NCBI GenBank assembly: GCA_010909165.1 | Contig: MU008184.1 | Span: 496,001 to 560,000 of the forward strand | From: Anthoceros angustus | Lineage: Eukaryota > Plantae > Anthocerotophyta | Direction: 5' to 3' | DNA: 64,000 nucleotides | In this document: piece by piece, positions 58,659 to 64,000 of the stretch | How positions within the stretch are numbered: position 1 is the stretch's first letter | Layout: each line of letters opens with the position of its first letter | Made by a program: the position numbers and the translations under genes | The notes under the pieces: model-generated | The model's input: only the letters and a program-made list of their open reading frames with translations | Told to the model about the DNA's origin: nothing | Database searches by the model: none

Positions 58659-60524
58659 TCAGTTATGATCCGTCAACAAGCACCACCCCACGTGCTGCTC
58701 GAACTGCTCCAGCGTGAAGAGACTCTGTTTGGCGGCTCCAGTAGGAGGCAATGCACTTCCAGCTTGCCATACAGAGAGTGCTTCTTCCTTCCCGTTGTAT
58801 AGAACTCTGACATACAGCTGGTCTCCACTGGGGGGTTTGAGCAGCTCCACCACAATGAAGGATGCATAAAATGGCAAAGTCTTCCATGGCGAGCCCAGGC
58901 ATACTGCAGGAGGGTCATTGTCGAGTAACAGTGTCAGTGTCCCCGGCCATTGCCCAAGGATTGACGACAAGGGGGAGGAATTCACCTGAGAGTGGAAGAA
59001 TCGTTGCGTCATGGCCCGAGTAGAGAAACAAGGAAGGGGTGATGGCCGTCTGGTCACGGACCTTACCCATCGTGGCTGTCATATCTCCAAGGAGCCCCCC
59101 CATCGACAGCTGACAGATTTCTTGGTTCTGGTGGATACCGCAAAGAGGAGTGGAGTCAGAGGCACAGAATAATCAAGAGCAACAAGTGCACTGGTAGGGT
59201 AAGGTAAGGTAAGCATGGGCAAGTGGGATGCACCTGAAACGTAGCCATGTAATTCCTCGCGACTCTTTGCACAATTTCCTGTGTTTCCGAGAAGATCACA
59301 CCCGCAGGCAATGCATCCCCATGGCACTCCCAACAGTTGATCACATCCATTTCCTACTCTTTCCAAACACCCGACATCAACATGAGTTTAGATTTCAGCA
59401 CAGCTCCTCTCACAATGCACATGTACAAGCTTGCTGCATCCTACCAGCATCCAAGGAAATAAAGGATTATCTTTAGGTAGCCCAAAGTGGAGTTGCAAAG
59501 CTTGTTCCAATCCCTGATGGAAGAAACCAAGGTCAAAGATGATGAGCAAGTTGTCACGAGATTGACGCAAGCAAGCTGTCATGTCAAGCAAACAGCCTGC
59601 TTCATGTCTCGGCTACAGAAACTACCTGATATCCTGCCTGCAAACTGAGATTCCCGTCCGGCTGCAGACTCAACTCCCTCCACTTGCTTATCCACAACTT
59701 CTGTAGCCTGCATCAGTGAGAAACCACCCAGCATGAAAGCACATGGATCAGTCCAAGTGATGAGCACGGCACCAAAGCTTGAAGTTGCTGGGAAACTACC
59801 GAGGGCAGCTCTCGTTGTTGTACAGATTCTCCTGATGCTCGATGGGGACCAATGCAGCAGCTGCGGGGGACCCTAGCAGGCCTTCGAGAACGTACCACGC
59901 TGGCATGGACATGTTCACCTCAGGTAAGTGTCCGGGCAGGAGATCTCTCTAAGGTGGCAAACATTGAACAATTCCAGATTACCTCTACCTGTCATGTGCG
60001 TGCGCTTGTAGGTGGTGCAGCTCACAGCCAGGGAGGACGACGGTTCTTCAGCAGACAACCTAAGCGACTCCCAGTAATACCTCCTCAACCAGCTTCCAAG
60101 CTCCCGAGCCTGTCTGGCACCTGCCTCCAATTCGCATTCAGTATTCAATTGCAAGCCGATTCAACCAGCTTCCGCCCCAAAGAAGGGGAGGATGGAACCC
60201 ACCCTGTTGTGTGAGCTGGCCCCAAGGATGCTCCTGTGCATGGTAAGGCTCCAATTCCGGCATAAGAGTGGAAGCATCTTGCAGTCTGGCTGCCCACAAC
60301 TCTCCATGATCCTTTCCGCTCAAGGTCCCCGGAATTGGAGATCGATCTCCATGCCTAAACAATACATGCGCCTGGGAAGGCACCGGAACAGTAACGTCAA
60401 GCACCACATAGCGAGAATGCACCTGAACAAGTTCCAGTTTTGGACCGAGACCCACAGCTACTGCCAACAACCGAGAGAGGAATGGCAGAAGATCCAACCT
60501 GCACAGCCTGAAGCACAATTCCAT
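58659..60524 (-). CDS. Histidine acid phosphatase, copy 2 (tandem paralogue, slightly shortened C-terminus)
   Basis: Same exon structure as copy 1 with RHGDRSP and HD intact. It has a 12-bp in-frame deletion near 59840 and ends TDHN* instead of TDHDFRLQCHRVSDL*. Homology with copy 1 continues upstream to ~61300. Confidence 0.82.
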
Positions 60525-63500
60525 CCACGATTGCCGGCTCGTACGGATGTAACTCCTCGTGTTCCATTGCGGGCAGCCACTTCAAGCAGCCCGCAAGCTT
60601 GATTGGTGTCTTCGGTCCAGGAACTCCAAGGAACTTAACGCCCCTGGTCAAGGAACGTGTTGTCCCTGGTCAAGGACCGTTCGTCCAGCGACCCTGGAAC
60701 TTCCGTTCATTTTACCCTACAAGCTTTTTCTGGATCGGATTCACCTCGGTCAAAATCTCAAAAGCGGCAGTTGCTATGGAAGGATTCCAATTTCCCGAGG
60801 CAGAAGCTCGTGTGGGCCGCCATGTGGTGGGCTCACAGGCCAGATGGGTCATGGTGCCTCGTCTTCCAAGTCGAGCTAGAATCTGGAAGAAAAATGTAGT
60901 GCATGATGTGGCATAGCGGCATTAACCCTAATTTGCTTGTTGCAACTGCCTTGTGGAGGGGAAGTGGTAGATGCACGAAGGGTTTTTGACAAGCGTGGCC
61001 ACAAAGGATGTAGGCACATGTAATGAATGCCCTGGCAGCTGGGCATTCAAGTCATGCACTCGACCAAGACGCCCTTGTTCTGCGTGCACTAAAGGAGCAG
61101 GAAGGTCTGATTGGAGCTCAACCGTTTCACCTTAATGATTCCTGGCCCAAGCAAGCAGCTTCAGAAGCAACCAGCGGCTGACCTTAACCTGGTGCAGAAC
61201 TCTCCACGAATGCAAGCCGCCTCTATGGTGGGCTTCCAGAAGGCTCTACGGCTCAAGGAGTTTCAAAGCTTGGAAAAGTTAACAGTGTCGATCAATCCTA
61301 GTTAAGCCAGATGACCTCGGGAGCCTAAGAGCTGCGGTTCGAATCGCTAGTCTATCGGTTGGACATTCTCTCCATATGATCATACCTGGTGGTGATTAGG
61401 GGCTGCTTTCGAATGAAAGCAACAGCCAATACACCGCCTGTCCCAGAACACAAAAAAACCTACCAACGACCTGTAACGTAGAGACGAGCATGTGGTGTAC
61501 CTTGGCTACATGCAACCTTTTGATCAAAACAATGTGTCCTCTCCCTCCGTAGCTATGGCAGGTCGGACGTACTCCCATAGAGCCTCGAATCATACTACCA
61601 CGGTGCCTCAACATACCGGTAGGGGAACTATGCCAAGGCGTGGAGCAGGTGTTGATCACGACACGACAGGGAGTAAACGAAAGACAAGCTACATAGAGTT
61701 GGCCTGGAAGCGGGACAGCTTTTAGTCGGAGTCTTTTTGATATGACATGCAGGCTTTGGCTGTCGAACCTGCCCTTTTCAACATTCACATGTACTCGGAG
61801 ATTGTGGTGGCATCGCTATGAGAAGTGCCAGAGAAGGGTCCATCCTCACCGAGGCTTCACCATGCCGTAGGCTGTAAGAAAATTAGGTCTTCAGTGTGTG
61901 ATGATCCTGCCACAGTCCTGGAGGCAAAATTGTGAAAGCACCGTGTCATTGGTTTCCGCTTCACACACCGGATCGATGACATGCAGCCGGCTGGCGGCGG
62001 TTCACGTGGAACCGCCCGCGCAGAGCCGAAGCGGCAGGGTCCGCGAGCAGAGCGCGGGCACCAATGGCGGAGCGGGACGCTTCGCTGCGGCTTCAAAGGA
62101 CAGGAAACCTTTCTTCCTTGCCGCAGGCGCTGGGCCGCCGCCGTCGCAAGCACCACTAGGCTTGCAATGCGGCCTGCAGCTCGTCGGGAAAACAACTCAA
62201 CTCCCGTGGATGGCGAGCGGCATTCCGAGTCCCTGGATCGTGAAGTGGTTTTAAACATAAACAACCTCGTGCGCGCTCAATGAAGGTGGCCGGCAGAACA
62301 GCGTGATACATCACTCACGCGATGAAGCAGCCTGCTCACATCTCCCCCTCTCATCACACGCACTTGGAAAGCGGAGCCTGGACAAAGCTTTGCACATGTT
62401 GTTGCATGGCCTTCACAAGTCCAGAGACTGAACCTGTTTTGCCTGAATCAAATCAAATTTTGAGTCGAAAGTTGGAGCTGTAATTGCTAGCTTCCATTGA
62501 CACAATCAAATTGAATCTTGAAGAGACTGGATCAAAACTTCTGGAACCTTTCCATTCACTCACATGCCCTTTTTGCAAGGCAATGAGGAGGACTAAACAG
62601 ATTCAATTCAGACTTCTACCGCTCCATTTTCATTTCTACATTATCAACTGTGTATATCGACACCATACATATTTGCAAACACTCCAGTCGCGCTCAACTT
62701 TAACAAGATTCAACGTGTTCTGCGCTATCGTAACCGTATTTGCAAACAGCCCAGTCGCTCTCAATTTGGACAAGATTGAACGGTCGCGTCGTGCGAGACC
62801 CATGATGTCTGTTTACATATTTCCTTCTTCCGAGACCGTTGGGTTCATGCATGATTTTGAGGTGATCATCAATACAGTAATTTTTGCTTTACCTGTTAGG
62901 TAGTATAGTAGCTGTGAGGAGATTTTTTGATCGCATTGAATGAGGTATGTGAAGATAGTATAATCTGAAAAATTCTGAACGTCTTAGGACAGATTGAGGT
63001 CCTTCCTGACCCTGACAAGACTCAAGGGTAACATTCACCGTGGATAGCCAGGCTTGCCATGTATTCATGTTAAGGCTTGTGCAAGGTGTATATGCAAGCG
63101 GCAGGTAGTTAACGCTATGGGAGATTCTCAGGAAATGCAATCTCAATCTTGAGCATTTCCAAAGGTCAGATGATGTCGCAGGAGGCATAGAAGACGCGGC
63201 GTGTAGACTCTGGACGGAGGATAAGATGAAAGACGCGTGGGGTGGATGGAATTTCCGAATCCAGGCTGAAGCACTTGGAATTCATCACAGTTTTGCTGGA
63301 TGGGATGAAACAGAGCAAGGTTCCTCAAGGCGCGGGATCTGAGTTTTGATTACTCCAATTCAAAGTTGAAAAAAATTTGAAAACTTGTCGTAGAGAAGAG
63401 GGATGCTCTTGTCTGCGGCCAAGCGAAATCTCGACGGGCTGAATGTGGCACGCGCAGGCCCGGCGAGGGCATGAGCATGCTTCCGTGACGCAACCTCCGC

Positions 63501-63563
63501 GCGAGCAGGATCCATGATTCCAGGTCGTCCAGCGCAGCGCAAGGGCGAGGTCACGCAACTCGT

Positions 63564-63776
63564 CTAATGGTGTTTGCGGCGGCGACGGCGGCGGCGGCGG
63601 CGACGTCGTCTACCCTTCTTGGGGCCCTTGGCGTGACGGCGTCTGCGCCTCCTTCTCCGCCTCTTGATGTGCCTCCGGCGCCGTCTCTTGTGGTGCTTGG
63701 TCACCGCGACTCCGTGCTTCCTGTGCCGCCTCCTGTGCCTCACAGGATGCGCCGCGTGCGCTGTGGCGACGTCCAT
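63564..63776 (-). CDS. Protamine-like small Arg/His-rich basic protein (70 aa)
   Basis: MDVATAHAAHPVRHRRRHRKHGVAVTKHHKRRRRRHIKRRRRRRRRRHAKGPKKGRRRRRRRRRRRRKHH*: 31 Arg, 11 His, 8 Lys. Start context gcagccATGG. The Arg runs use mixed codons (AGG CGG AGA AGG AGG CGC AGA CGC CGT). An upstream in-frame ATG at 63872 would give 102 aa. Confidence 0.7.
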   Translation of the reverse strand: MDVATAHAAHPVRHRRRHRKHGVAVTKHHKRRRRRHIKRRRRRRRRRHAKGPKKGRRRRRRRRRRRRKHH

Positions 63777-63837
63777 GGCTGCCGATGTCCCCGTCCCAGG
63801 AAGGGGAAAGTTCGTTCCAGAGGCCAGCCGACGCGTC

Positions 63838-63935
63838 CTTTTAAGCCCGCCCAACCGTCGCGTTGCTCCCATTGGTGCGCGCGGTTACCGCACGGATCGC
63901 GTCCCGTGCCGTCCCCGTCCCCGTCCCGTGCGGTT
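63838..63935 (-). promoter_or_regulatory. Putative promoter of the protamine-like gene: TATA-like motif, CCAAT box and three MYB core (AACCG/CGGTT) sites
   Basis: Minus-strand CTTAAAA at ~63839-63845, CCAAT at 63871-63875, and AACCG/CGGTT at 63853-63857, 63882-63886 and 63931-63935. Confidence 0.45.
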
Positions 63936-64000
63936 TAATTAACCCCTGGTTTCATGTCAATTTGTTGAACCTCAGGTTTAGTTCATGATTCAGGATTTCG

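Noticed and set aside
63567-63938. Plus-strand Ala/Pro-rich ORF
   Set aside because: It is the antisense shadow of the Arg-rich ORF, with no recognisable family signal.

Overview
Eukaryotic nuclear DNA from a land plant with compact, intron-rich genes. It looks bryophyte-like, and a hornwort is my best guess, which I cannot confirm from the sequence. I could splice eight apparently intact protein genes by eye: a CMP-sialic-acid/nucleotide-sugar transporter (2306-4179 +), a three-repeat MYB (35392-40399 +), a RING-CH E3 ligase (41861-43435 -), a PAP/fibrillin (49252-50846 -), an intronless MAEA/Gid9 (51496-52731 +), two tandem histidine acid phosphatases (53323-55256 -, 58659-60524 -) and a 70-aa Arg/His-rich protamine-like ORF (63564-63776 -). 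About 4.3-33.5 kb is a nested transposon island. It holds a CRE-like non-LTR relic, two related copies of an unclassified retroelement-type ORF, a TIR-bounded 8.4-kb Sola-like DNA transposon and a non-autonomous Copia element. The window also has a PLS-PPR pseudogene, a LINE-interrupted tRNA-Met relic, an RTE-X-like LINE and tandem arrays. The two strongest leads are (1) the stand-alone protamine-like gene with clustered MYB/DUO1-type motifs upstream, and (2) the Sola-like element, which pairs a transposase ending in a BAH/Tudor-like module with a divergent ParB-like plus methyltransferase-like cargo gene. Many frameshifts in the repeats could be long-read consensus errors rather than real decay.
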